A stretch of DNA of 64,000 nt from Spirochaetia bacterium (GTDB lineage Bacteria; Spirochaetota; Spirochaetia; UBA9216). Shown here one piece after another: positions 49,022 to 59,439 of this stretch (position 1 is its first letter; every line of letters starts with the position of its first letter). The stretch lies in contig OZ223265.1 in assembly GCA_965140585.1 (NCBI GenBank), forward strand, positions 1 to 64,000, in the 5' to 3' direction. A program made the translations under genes and the position numbers. Below the pieces are notes generated by a model, which saw only the letters and a program-made list of their open reading frames with translations, did not search any database and had not been told where the DNA came from.

Positions 49022-49585
49022 TCACTGAATTTGACGTCTAAAAGCTTCATCAACGCTTAGAAACTCCAACTTTCCTTTAAAATATTCACCAATAATATAC
49101 TTATCAGAATTAAATGCTAATCGAGGGATATTTTGGGAGTTAACCCATGCTAATTTAGTAATATCATCACCAGCCTCCATGTTCCCTGATACAACAGAGG
49201 CATAAAGAACGACAACCAGAGTTTCAAGATCAGCTCTTATAATATTTGTTGTAACATTTATAATTGATTTGATTTCTATCTTTAATCCTGTTTCTTCAAA
49301 GACTTCTCGATGCCCGGCTTGTAGAAAATTCTCATTAGTTTCAATAAATCCGCACGGCATACACCATAGATCATGATCACCTCTCCTTCTTCCCACCAAT
49401 ATTTCATTGTTGGAATTTTCTATTAAGACAGAGACTCCAGGAAGAGGATTCTTGTACTGAATAAACTTGCATGATGGACAGCTATTATTCGTATCCGATA
49501 TGAGCTCTTTACCACAACATGGACAATATTTATAGTCAGTAATGTTGGACTGAAATGAATTGATTTGAGAAAATGCCTGTTTCAA
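49022..49585 (-). CDS. Zinc-ribbon NUDIX hydrolase
   Basis: CPCC/CPSC, NUDIX box G..E..E......REVFEETG; TTG start matches the start of the paralog at 59995. Confidence 0.85.
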   Translation of the reverse strand: MKQAFSQINSFQSNITDYKYCPCCGKELISDTNNSCPSCKFIQYKNPLPGVSVLIENSNNEILVGRRRGDHDLWCMPCGFIETNENFLQAGHREVFEETGLKIEIKSIINVTTNIIRADLETLVVVLYASVVSGNMEAGDDITKLAWVNSQNIPRLAFNSDKYIIGEYFKGKLEFLSVDEAFRRQIQ

Positions 49586-49595
49586 TATAAAATCC

Positions 49596-49991
49596 TTATT
49601 GTTGGTTGAATATATCAGGAAGTTTAATGTCACAGCCTTTGTATAATATGGTTTCAACTTTCTCCATATGTAAAATCGTATTATTTCGGCTGTTTATCTG
49701 GGCATCAAGATAGGGACCGTTAAACCTCAATGTTGGGAAATTTAAATCTATTTTCGAAATGATGTTAAAATCTTTATCTATATATGAATGAGTTGATATG
49801 GTCCACCATTCATCTCCAGAGGTATTGATCTCAAGCAACCCAACAATATATTCACCCTCTATATTGTTTATTTTTTGAATGGCTGCAGCATATATTACTT
49901 CATTATTGTACTTGTACATGAAGAGATCTGCAGAAAAAAGGCTTTCTACACAAAAAATCATAAGAAATATCAATACAGCTCTTTTTATCAT
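49596..49991 (-). CDS. Secreted hypothetical protein
   Basis: Signal-peptide-like N-terminus. Confidence 0.55.
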   Translation of the reverse strand: MIKRAVLIFLMIFCVESLFSADLFMYKYNNEVIYAAAIQKINNIEGEYIVGLLEINTSGDEWWTISTHSYIDKDFNIISKIDLNFPTLRFNGPYLDAQINSRNNTILHMEKVETILYKGCDIKLPDIFNQQ

Positions 49992-50158
49992 GGGAATTCC
50001 TTAATATTCATCTTTTGGCTATATTTTATATGAATATGGAATAATATGTGAATACCAATTATAGATAAAATGTTCAAAAAGGAATCTTATTCAAATTCAT
50101 CTATCTTCGTTTTTAACTGCAAAAATAACTCATCAGACTCCGTCTGTACAATTTAACT

Positions 50159-52114
50159 TCAATTCAGCATTTTGCCTGCTTTCTCGAAATTAACCGGTTT
50201 ACTGAAGAAATAACCCTGCACATAGTCACATTTCATTCTTTGGATAATTTCATATTGTTCCAGAGTTTCAATACCTTCGATTACTACCTCAAGATTTAAT
50301 GTGTGAGCTAAATTAATTATCGCATTAACAATATTTGAATCATCATTTTCTAATTGTTCTATAAATGATTTATCAATTTTTAATATATCAATAGGGAATA
50401 AATGCAAATAACTTAAAGAAGAATATCCTGTACCAAAATCATCTATCATCATTTCTATACCCAATTGCTTTATCTGATAGAGTTGTTCATTCACTTCTAG
50501 TGAATCATCTATAATCAAACTCTCGGTTAATTCAAATTTCAACATAGAAGTCATTACTTCAGTATCATCAATTATTGATTTAATTTTATGAATGAAACCG
50601 GAATCTTGAAATTGTCGACTAGAGATATTGACACTGACATAAAAGTCCTTTTCGATATTATCATTATATGCCCAATATTTAATTTGTTCACACACTTTTC
50701 GTAGTATCTTATAACCAATAGGAATGATCAGCCCAGAACTTTCAGCAATTGGGATAAAATCTATAGGGGGTATAAGCCCAACATCATGTTTGTTCCACCT
50801 GATTAAGGCCTCAAATCCAGCAACTTTCTGTGTCTCAGTGACTAAAATTGGTTGATAATAAACAATAAACTCATCGTTCTCTATAGCCTCCCGCAATTCA
50901 GATTCAATTCGTAATGAAGCCTTAACAGACTCTAGCATTCCTTCATCAAAGAATTCAAAACTAGATCCTGACTTTTTTTTCTTAGCCTTATACATTGCAA
51001 TATCAGCATTGCGTAAAATATCATCAGAACTAACATATTCTTCCTTACCAATAAGAATTCCAAAGCTTGCTGAAGAATTTAGATTATGACCCTCTATAGA
51101 GACACGCTCTTTAATCGATCCAGTTAACCTATTTATCACACGCATAACTTCTGCTACATCTTCAATTTCTTCTAGTAAAATAACAAATTCATCACCGCTA
51201 AATCTACAAACTAAATCCTGTTCTCTCACTGAAGATAATAACCTTTTACTCATTTCAACTAAAAAAAGGTCTCCATATTGATGTCCCAAAGTATCATTTA
51301 TATTTTTAAATCTATCAAAATCAATGAAAATTACAGCGTAATTGCGATCAGGATAACGTTTATAAGAATGGATCGCATGCTCGATCCTATCGTTTAAGAC
51401 TATTCGATTGGGCAAATCTGTAAGAAGATCGTGAGTGGCATTATACGTTAATCTGTCTTGAATCGTATCTTTATATATTAATTCTCCTTCCAATCTATTA
51501 TTAATTTCAAGAATCTCACCGATTCTATCTTTTTCTATACGAGATCTATGCATAGATGCAATTAGAATCCCTGCAGGTATTATTATATTATAGATAAGGG
51601 GAAGGGTTATTGTGTTAAAAGTTATATCTCTATCTATTATAGGTAAGAGAGTGATGCTAATTATGTTCAGGCAGACAAAAAGCAATATTAGATGAAGAGG
51701 CAATAATGCACAACTTACAATGACAGTAAGCGCATTCCATATTAAGATTAATAAAATGGCATTGGCTGAATGGTCATGACTAAATATAATGTTAAAAACC
51801 GGAATAAAACTTAGTATCGAAATGCCCAATATTGCTGCGTAATAAAAATACTCGGTCCTGGAGATAATATATGATATTAAGAATAGGATCTCTGAGAAAA
51901 ATAAAACTAATCCAACTTGAGGATTGGAGCTGAAATAAGTCATATAGATTACACCAGAATTGATACCGATGGTCAGAAAGAGCAATAATTGTGTAGTCAA
52001 GTATGCTTGTTTATATTCATATACATCTTTTATCTTTTTAGATGGTTTTAGAAAGATAGTTTCGATTTTCTTGAGAACTTCGAGCAAAAATGATTTGATA
52101 CTCATATCTATCAA
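50159..52114 (-). CDS. Membrane GGDEF-EAL protein
   Basis: Multi-TM N-terminus, SGDEF, EALIRW, DDFGTGYSS. Confidence 0.92.
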   Translation of the reverse strand: MIDMSIKSFLLEVLKKIETIFLKPSKKIKDVYEYKQAYLTTQLLLFLTIGINSGVIYMTYFSSNPQVGLVLFFSEILFLISYIISRTEYFYYAAILGISILSFIPVFNIIFSHDHSANAILLILIWNALTVIVSCALLPLHLILLFVCLNIISITLLPIIDRDITFNTITLPLIYNIIIPAGILIASMHRSRIEKDRIGEILEINNRLEGELIYKDTIQDRLTYNATHDLLTDLPNRIVLNDRIEHAIHSYKRYPDRNYAVIFIDFDRFKNINDTLGHQYGDLFLVEMSKRLLSSVREQDLVCRFSGDEFVILLEEIEDVAEVMRVINRLTGSIKERVSIEGHNLNSSASFGILIGKEEYVSSDDILRNADIAMYKAKKKKSGSSFEFFDEGMLESVKASLRIESELREAIENDEFIVYYQPILVTETQKVAGFEALIRWNKHDVGLIPPIDFIPIAESSGLIIPIGYKILRKVCEQIKYWAYNDNIEKDFYVSVNISSRQFQDSGFIHKIKSIIDDTEVMTSMLKFELTESLIIDDSLEVNEQLYQIKQLGIEMMIDDFGTGYSSLSYLHLFPIDILKIDKSFIEQLENDDSNIVNAIINLAHTLNLEVVIEGIETLEQYEIIQRMKCDYVQGYFFSKPVNFEKAGKMLN

Positions 52115-52268
52115 ATTTAGTTATTATTATTAGATAGATCAAGAACATTAATTTTCTTTTACTCTTCACACTATACTTTTGTACATTTCATATCTAAATC
52201 AACGAAAAAAAATTGATACAATCATCCTTAACGTCTTCTATTTGGATTCAGCTCAATTGTTCAATCTA

Positions 52269-52679
52269 TCAGTAACTATTTAAATAATTATCAACAATTT
52301 GATAAAATTTATCTTTGTCCAAAGGTTTAATAATAAAATCTGAAACCTCATTCATAGTCTTTGCTCTCTGAATATCACTTGGACTAATAGATGAAGATAT
52401 AATATAGATAGTAATTTCTTTTTTTATCATTTCTTTCATTTTAGTATATTCTTCTAGGAATCCCCAACCATCCATTATTGGCATAAACAGATCTAAAAAA
52501 ATTATATCAGGCAGCTCAGATGGTTGATCTTTTTTTGCTTTTAAGAATTCTATCGCTTCATATCCATTAAAAAAATATTCTACATTTTCTACTATATGTG
52601 TGTTTTTTATCATATGTGAGGTAATTAAATGATAAATGCTATCATCATCAACGACAAAAAGCTTATTTAAGCCTTTCAT
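52269..52679 (-). CDS. Single-domain response regulator
   Basis: VVDDD, FLDLFMP, KPL. Confidence 0.9.
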   Translation of the reverse strand: MKGLNKLFVVDDDSIYHLITSHMIKNTHIVENVEYFFNGYEAIEFLKAKKDQPSELPDIIFLDLFMPIMDGWGFLEEYTKMKEMIKKEITIYIISSSISPSDIQRAKTMNEVSDFIIKPLDKDKFYQIVDNYLNSY

Positions 52680-52685
52680 AATATT

Positions 52686-53906
52686 TCAATTCTTATCCTT
52701 TATTAACTGTATTTGAAAAGTTGTTCCCTGTTCTGGAATACTCTCTAAACTAATATTACCTCCCATCGCTTCTATCTGTGTTTTAATTATATATAATCCA
52801 AATCCGTGTGCATCTGGATGATTATGAAAAACTTTGTGTAATTTAAACATATCATCTTTATGCTTAGTAAGGTCGATTCCAATCCCATTATCTTGAAAAA
52901 TCAGAGAGGACCACCCATCCTTCTTAAATGATTTTATATGCAATTTAGGTTTACGATTAGGACTCGAGTACTTTAAAGCATTCTCAATAAGATTTTGAAA
53001 AATACTGTTAAGGTATTCTTTTGGATAATTTATAGTCTTTAACTCAGAAATATCAAATGTTATATCTGCTTCCTTTTTTTGTATATCTCCAGACAATAGC
53101 TCTATACTACTTTCAATAAAATCCTGAAGTTCAATATAATCAGATTTGATTGAAAAATCCATTTTCACTCGTGATGCTTCTGTTAGCTCCTCGAAAGTAT
53201 TAGAAAAATGTTTTATCACCAATTTTAATTTATCAATATACAGAAGCTTTTCTTCAATTTCTTCACTTTCCTCTACCATATCATTCAGAATAAGCATATT
53301 TGAAAGCGGGGCTCTCAAATTATGAGAGATTATTTGGTTAAATTCCTCAAGCTTTTCATTCTGATTTTTAAGTTGTTCAAGCATAGTATTTCTTTCTGTG
53401 ATTTTCTCTTCCAATTCATTTCGAAAATAGATATTTTCAATGGAGACAGCAGTTATATCAGCAAGCGCTTGAAGAATTGAAACTTCTTCATGAGTTGGAT
53501 CATGAATATCAGCCCAGTAATTTCCTATAGCGCCCAATGGATCAATAACTCGAATAGGAACAGTAATTAAGCTTTTTACAAACGTTGGTTTATATGCATC
53601 AATAGGGATTCTGTCATCTTGATAAATATCTTTAATTACAGCAGGTTTTTTATTAATCATAGCCCAGCCGCTAATACATATTTTCATTGGAAATCGTGAA
53701 CCTTTCCATAACGGGCTTATTGCATCTTCTTCAGCATAATAGCACATATCATGATCTTTCAAGACGAAAGTAGCCCCATCAGCGCCTGTAACGTTTCTGG
53801 CTACGGTACGTACGATTTCCATAACTGATTGTATATCTTTAGCCAATGAAAGTTTTTGTACCGTCTCAACAAGCATTTCCATTCGCCAAATGTCTAAAGA
53901 TTCCAT
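52686..53906 (-). CDS. Cytoplasmic GAF-domain sensor histidine kinase
   Basis: GAF, SHNLRAP H-box, NALKY, DNGIG, GFGL. Confidence 0.9.
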   Translation of the reverse strand: MESLDIWRMEMLVETVQKLSLAKDIQSVMEIVRTVARNVTGADGATFVLKDHDMCYYAEEDAISPLWKGSRFPMKICISGWAMINKKPAVIKDIYQDDRIPIDAYKPTFVKSLITVPIRVIDPLGAIGNYWADIHDPTHEEVSILQALADITAVSIENIYFRNELEEKITERNTMLEQLKNQNEKLEEFNQIISHNLRAPLSNMLILNDMVEESEEIEEKLLYIDKLKLVIKHFSNTFEELTEASRVKMDFSIKSDYIELQDFIESSIELLSGDIQKKEADITFDISELKTINYPKEYLNSIFQNLIENALKYSSPNRKPKLHIKSFKKDGWSSLIFQDNGIGIDLTKHKDDMFKLHKVFHNHPDAHGFGLYIIKTQIEAMGGNISLESIPEQGTTFQIQLIKDKN

Positions 53907-54070
53907 ACTTCTAATACTATGAGATCTAAATTGAAAATCAAATTTATTGTGATAATTTTACAATTCTAAATAGAGGTCTATTATGTACGATAGATTTTTG
54001 TCATTCTCTATAGTGAAATGTCACATCAATAAGTTTTATTATTTGTTCAGAACGATTGATAAGGCTTTAA

Positions 54071-54685
54071 GTGACTACAAGAGAGATTTTACAGCATCAA
54101 AACAATTACATTTCCAACCCTTCCGATTCCAACCTCATAATCCTTATTAGCTGCTTTAAACCCCTTTATGCTAAAATAATCTCTATCATCACAAATAAAA
54201 CCAACTTTTCATTGAGTTATGCCAGATATGGTGAAATATGGGATGAAGTGGAGTTCCTACTCTATGAATACTACCTCGGTCGACCGGACTTCTATATCGA
54301 GAATCCATATACCTACACTTACAAAATGACCTGGAATTTTTTATTCAACAGGAAAGCCCAGAAGAAAGATAAGATGGTGTATAACAGTGAAATACTTGAT
54401 TTCTTCGCCTATGATGATGAACAATTCGATATAATCAACAATTCCTTTCTATGTCAGAGTGTGATTACAGAACTTGAGCACCAAATCCAAACCAATCTTG
54501 AATTATCCTCAATCAATGATAAAACAGCTGCAGAAACGAACATAAGAGCTTTTATCCGCAAACTGCAGGCAGATGGTAAGGATTACCACAAAAGATTGTA
54601 CAAATTGAAGGTAAAAGAACGAACTATCCTCAATGAAGCGGTGAAAGCCACCAGTGAGAAGATGTATGAAAAAGCTGTGTCTTAG
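54071..54685 (+). CDS. Phage hypothetical protein (possibly sigma-like regulator)
   Basis: 204-aa ORF overlapping the HNH gene start; only vague sigma-like layout. Confidence 0.5.
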   Translation: MTTREILQHQNNYISNPSDSNLIILISCFKPLYAKIISIITNKTNFSLSYARYGEIWDEVEFLLYEYYLGRPDFYIENPYTYTYKMTWNFLFNRKAQKKDKMVYNSEILDFFAYDDEQFDIINNSFLCQSVITELEHQIQTNLELSSINDKTAAETNIRAFIRKLQADGKDYHKRLYKLKVKERTILNEAVKATSEKMYEKAVS

Positions 54686-55061
54686 ACCAGGCTGTGGCAG
54701 AATCGCTGATAAAGATACCGGATATTGTTCTCTTCACTACAATATGTATCTTGATAAGCTTGAGAAGCAGAAAGAATACCAGAAAGGTCCAGAAGCCTAC
54801 CAGAGAAAGCTTGAGAACCGGCCTTATATCAAGCTTTACAACTCTGTTCAATGGAAACGAATGAGCAAGCAGAAGCTTAATGATAATCCAATCAGCCAAG
54901 ATTGTGAGAAGAGATTATCAACTGAAGTAGATCACATTACTCCCCATCATGGAGATCTTAAGCTGTTCTTTGATTACCTCAACCTTCAGTCATTATGTAA
55001 GAGCTGTCACAGCAAGAAGACAGTTAAAGAACAGTTTCAGAAGTCCATGAAAATGGATTGA
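54666..55061 (+). CDS. Terminase-associated-type HNH endonuclease (HK97 gp74-like)
   Basis: C..PGC...YC..H N-terminus, VDHITPH.GD, NLQSLC.SCH..KT. Confidence 0.85.
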   Translation: MKKLCLRPGCGRIADKDTGYCSLHYNMYLDKLEKQKEYQKGPEAYQRKLENRPYIKLYNSVQWKRMSKQKLNDNPISQDCEKRLSTEVDHITPHHGDLKLFFDYLNLQSLCKSCHSKKTVKEQFQKSMKMD

Positions 55062-55114
55062 TTCACATATTTAAAGTTCATTTAAAAAAGTATCCTTCTT
55101 TATTAACTTGCCAT

Positions 55115-55240
55115 TGGGACTGGTTGACCGCCAGTCCCATCCTCTTCTTCCCCCCGGGGGGATAGGCTTAAAAATCACGAAGATCTAAATCTACATAGTA
55201 CATATACCCGCTCTTTTAGTTTTATGCAATGTCATTTGAA
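55115..55240 (+). other. cos-like packaging region
   Basis: Hairpin 55115-55139 and TCCCCCCGGGGGGA palindrome 55149-55162 directly after the HNH gene, the usual cos position. Confidence 0.5.
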
Positions 55241-55351
55241 CATATAAGGGGTCCACCCAATTATCTCTATTAATTTTATACATTTTTTACATAAATTACG
55301 TTAATTAATACCCAATAAACCACGATAGATTTAGCAGAGGAGTACAAACCC

Positions 55352-55699
55352 ATGAATAACTCACGCTATTCCATCAGAATTGATTTTGAAACAATAAAAA
55401 TTCCACCAGTTACTGATATCCTTGTTCTAGGAAGTGCATACAGACATGGGAGATTAGGCATTTTGGAGTCATTCAAGTTTTTAGTACCAGACGAATTTGA
55501 ATACTTTGATTATACTAAAAAAATATACCCTAACATTGGAACACTCGTGATAAGCAAAAAATTGCTCAAAAAGATTCCATATGATAGAATCCTAAAAGTG
55601 TTGGAAACAAATGTATTCAAAAACGTTGAGGAATCAGAAGCGATCAATATAAATTTCAATGTCCGATATTATGTAGATAATATTGAAATTGAAGATTAA
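55352..55699 (+). CDS. Hypothetical protein
   Basis: GAGGAG RBS; overlaps the next gene. Confidence 0.65.
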   Translation: MNNSRYSIRIDFETIKIPPVTDILVLGSAYRHGRLGILESFKFLVPDEFEYFDYTKKIYPNIGTLVISKKLLKKIPYDRILKVLETNVFKNVEESEAININFNVRYYVDNIEIED

Positions 55700-56318
55700 T
55701 AATTGCATGATTGAAGATCTATTAGAGAAAAATTTTCCGAGACTATCCCCTCTCGATCCAACGCTGACAGCAGTTAGAACATTGAAAACTTATCCATTTG
55801 TGGTTATTCAGGAGGATGAATGCTTTATCGGTGTCTTTACAAAAGAAGATTTAGTTGAGAAACAAAAAGTATTGATAGGCGACACATTGAAAAGAAAGCC
55901 TGTCATTGATATTGATCTCACAATAAATCAAGCTATCAAATCAATACTAAATTCTGGATTCACAGCCTTGCCTTGTATTAAAGATGAAATATTTATTGGA
56001 GTCCTTACGTTAAAGAATATTTACGATTACATAGAGAGAATGAATGGGCTAAAAAGTCTGGATATGGGGATTTTGGGGCAGTTTGACAATAAAGATGATA
56101 AGCTTCATGTTTTACAAAAAATGACACATTTCACAGGGAATAATATTCAGGTTTTGTTGAGTGGATTAGAAATTCTTCGCGAGACGAAGCTAACCGAAGA
56201 ACAGTCTGAGATATTGGATTCAATGTATAACATCACCTCACAATTTGAAAATACAATGATGGAATTTTTTCGAACATATTTTCCAAATGAGATAATGATT
56301 GAATCACAAAGTTTTTAG
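55683..56318 (+). CDS. CBS-pair protein with degenerate HisKA-like C-terminus
   Basis: Two CBS repeats (FIGV.T); MTHF.GN...LEIL.ETKLTEEQ. Confidence 0.65.
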   Translation: MKLKINNCMIEDLLEKNFPRLSPLDPTLTAVRTLKTYPFVVIQEDECFIGVFTKEDLVEKQKVLIGDTLKRKPVIDIDLTINQAIKSILNSGFTALPCIKDEIFIGVLTLKNIYDYIERMNGLKSLDMGILGQFDNKDDKLHVLQKMTHFTGNNIQVLLSGLEILRETKLTEEQSEILDSMYNITSQFENTMMEFFRTYFPNEIMIESQSF

Positions 56319-56490
56319 AAAATTATTATTGAGCATGCTCCCTTTTTAAACTCGATATCAGACTTATAATATAGATTATCTTAATAATTTATATTATTAA
56401 GTTGATTTAATAACACTAATTAACCATTTCTCACATATAGTCGATTAATTTAATTTTATACGATGTAGTTTGCATATAGAGATTTTGATG

Positions 56491-56889
56491 CTATTGATTT
56501 AAAAAAAATTGTGAATATTTCATATCTTCAATGAGAATATGCTCCTTAAACCATCTCTTAAGTTCCGTTGTTAGCGTCATAGAAATAATCAACTTTCCCT
56601 GCTCTGCTTTATCTCTATATCCTTTTATCATATCTATGATATCTGAATGCATCTGTTTCTGATCCTCAATATTTGGGTAATGAATAGATGTTAAGAATCT
56701 TTCTTCCTCCTTGAAATGGTAATTAGTATAATCTAACACCTCATCAATTAATATTTTAACATTTTCTGATATTTGATCATTATCCATTTTTTCGTAGAAA
56801 TTATTGAGAATTTCTAACCAACGTTGATGTTGTTTATCCATATCAGGTATACCAAGCTCGAATTTTGAACTCCATTCCATAAATTTCAT
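56491..56889 (-). CDS. Bacteriohemerythrin
   Basis: W......G...D.QH, HF..EE, H, WF..HI...D motifs; GGAGG before ATG 56889. Confidence 0.9.
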   Translation of the reverse strand: MKFMEWSSKFELGIPDMDKQHQRWLEILNNFYEKMDNDQISENVKILIDEVLDYTNYHFKEEERFLTSIHYPNIEDQKQMHSDIIDMIKGYRDKAEQGKLIISMTLTTELKRWFKEHILIEDMKYSQFFLNQ

Positions 56890-57187
56890 TTTTGCCTCCA
56901 AACAATAGTTTTTATATATTGTGATAATCCTATTGTAATAAGCAAAGCTCACCACATGCAAATGATAATATGGAAATACATGCAAAAAAATGACAATTAA
57001 AAATTGTTAGTATTCTATTCAATTTAATTATTAAATCATTGTTGACATTAGAAACTTGATACATAGACTTTAATATATAGAAATTCTTTTAAATCTTAGT
57101 AATAATTTGTATATGCTTTCCCATATGTGTTATGAAAGAACTTCTTATTCTTAAGACAGTATCAGCGTTAAGTCAAAATTTATAATT

Positions 57188-58867
57188 ATGAAAAAGAAAA
57201 AGAATATACATATAAAATGGTTAATTTTCTGTCTATCCTTTATAGTCATGGGTATTTTCCCAATAAGCCTATTGATATATTCAAAATACAGAGACCAAAA
57301 ACAAATTATTGCAGTTTATAAGTCTAATCAGAATAAACTATTTGAAAAAATTCAGAAAACTATTGATTTAAACTATAATCGAATCTTTTCTGATTTAGAG
57401 TTTCTCGCACAATCTTGCTTTCTTAACAAATTCCTTTCGACCAATTCAGATTTAGAAACACTTAAAAGTAATTGGCAATTATTTTCTAAAACAAGCGGGT
57501 TATATGATCAAATCCGTTACATTGACAAGACAGGTCAGGAAGTGATTAGAGTAAACTATAATAAAGGTACCCCGGTTAGTGTACAGAATGAGTTTTTACA
57601 AAATAAAAGTGATCGGTACTACTTTTCTATGTTAAAAGATTTACCTGCTTATACAATTGTTATCTCTCCATGTGACTTAAATATTGAGAATAAAGAAATT
57701 GAAACCCCAATAAAACCAATGATAAGATTTTCGCTACCTCTTTATGATGATTCTAATAATTTTATTGGTGCAATAATCCTTAATTATTTTGGTCAAATAT
57801 TGATAAATGACATTAATTCTGAAATTTTAATTGATACAGAACTATACATTTTAAATCAAAATAAATATATTCTATCAGGTCCCAAAGAAAACCAACTTTG
57901 GGGTTTTATGTATACAGATAAAAAAGATTATACATTTGATAAGCTATTTGATGTTAATTCACAATTATTTTTAAATTCTAAAGGTGAGCTATTTAATTTC
58001 AGGAATAAACTTCTTAGAAGTGAAAAAATTGATTTTAAATCAAGTTACCCCAAATTACACATCATCGAAAATTCATATAGTTTACATTTCATGGAGCCTT
58101 GGTGGCAAATAATCACAATCGGATTTGAAAATACCAAAGAAAATGTTTATCTGTCAATAATTGGACAATTTTGGATTATTCTAATATTATATCTCTTAAT
58201 TTCATTATTCCTTTCGATTTTAGTTGCATGGCAATATTCGAGGCGTATTGAAGCTGAAAAAAAAACTACTGCTTATCAAAACACAATGTATAAAATTATT
58301 AATACACTTGAGATTACCTCTTCTTATAAAGATGATGATACTGGTAATCATATAAAAAGAGTATGTGAATATTCAAATATATTATCGAACAACCTAGGCT
58401 TATCATTCGATCAAGTTGATTTGATTACTGAATTCGCCTCATTACATGATATTGGTAAGATTGGTATACCGGATAATATTTTAAAAAAACCTGCAAAATT
58501 AACAGAACCCGAATGGGAAATAATGAAAAAGCATGTTTTAATCGGATATAATATGATAAAAAAAATGGATTTTCATAAAACTGCTGAGCATATCATTTTA
58601 TATCATCATGAAAATTGGGATGGGTCAGGTTATATAAATGGTTTAAAAGAGTTTCAAATTCCAATTGAAGCACGGATAGTTAGTTTAGCAGATGTCTATG
58701 ATGCACTTCGATCTCGACGAGTTTATAAAGAACCTTTCTCACATGAATCAGCAACTAAGATTATTAAATCAGAATCTGGAAAAAAATTTGATCCTCAAAT
58801 AGTTGCAATCTTCTTAGAAAAGAATATAGATTTTCTTAATATCTCAATTAAATATTCGGATCAATAA
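57188..58867 (+). CDS. Cache-sensor HD-GYP phosphodiesterase
   Basis: Two TMs around a Cache-like domain; HDIGK, HHENWDGSGY, ADVYDAL. Confidence 0.88.
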   Translation: MKKKKNIHIKWLIFCLSFIVMGIFPISLLIYSKYRDQKQIIAVYKSNQNKLFEKIQKTIDLNYNRIFSDLEFLAQSCFLNKFLSTNSDLETLKSNWQLFSKTSGLYDQIRYIDKTGQEVIRVNYNKGTPVSVQNEFLQNKSDRYYFSMLKDLPAYTIVISPCDLNIENKEIETPIKPMIRFSLPLYDDSNNFIGAIILNYFGQILINDINSEILIDTELYILNQNKYILSGPKENQLWGFMYTDKKDYTFDKLFDVNSQLFLNSKGELFNFRNKLLRSEKIDFKSSYPKLHIIENSYSLHFMEPWWQIITIGFENTKENVYLSIIGQFWIILILYLLISLFLSILVAWQYSRRIEAEKKTTAYQNTMYKIINTLEITSSYKDDDTGNHIKRVCEYSNILSNNLGLSFDQVDLITEFASLHDIGKIGIPDNILKKPAKLTEPEWEIMKKHVLIGYNMIKKMDFHKTAEHIILYHHENWDGSGYINGLKEFQIPIEARIVSLADVYDALRSRRVYKEPFSHESATKIIKSESGKKFDPQIVAIFLEKNIDFLNISIKYSDQ

Positions 58868-59351
58868 CAGTTTGTATTGGAGGCAAACGGAAGTCGTCTT
58901 TTCCCTACTCCAAAAGTCTCCTCTATGATAAAATCAGAGAAAATATTATACCACTCCAAGCTTTTCAACTCACGAGAGACGGGAGTGGTTTTACAAAGAC
59001 ATAAATGTTTGACCATATTACAACTGGGGAAAATAATACAGCCTAACATCCAGTAAAAGTAATGTACTTTTTATATCAAAAAAAAGTGTAAGAAAGAAAA
59101 TGACCGTCATATCGATAAATTTCAAGATAATTTTGATATAGCGTCTCGCCTTCCTTATAACATGGTGCTGGATAGTTATTTAAATTCAAAATTATGTCTA
59201 ATAGATAGATATCTCTGACACAATATTGTCACCAAAATGGGGATTAATCCTGATAAACAGAGAAACAAAAATACTTGATAATTCTTTATAATATGATAAG
59301 ATAGATAAAAATTGATTACGGCGCTTAAAGAGCGATAAATCGTAGGGGGCT

Positions 59352-59395
59352 GACTGAAAATCCTCGTGTCAAGGGTTCGATTCCCCTCGGCGGCA
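59352..59395 (+). repeat. attR core (displaced 3' part of tRNA-Phe)
   Basis: Identical to 29342-29385. Confidence 0.95.
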
Positions 59396-59403
59396 TGTGA
59401 ATG

Positions 59404-59439
59404 GACTAACTAAGATAAATCTTAGTTAGTCTTTTTTTT
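59404..59439 (+). terminator. Probable original tRNA-Phe terminator
   Basis: GACTAACTAAGA/TCTTAGTTAGTC hairpin + T8 just after attR. Confidence 0.75.

Noticed and set aside
49022-49991. Possible frameshifted fusion of the secreted protein and NUDIX
   Set aside because: An AAGGA RBS and TTG start follow the upstream stop and match the paralog start, so two genes suffice
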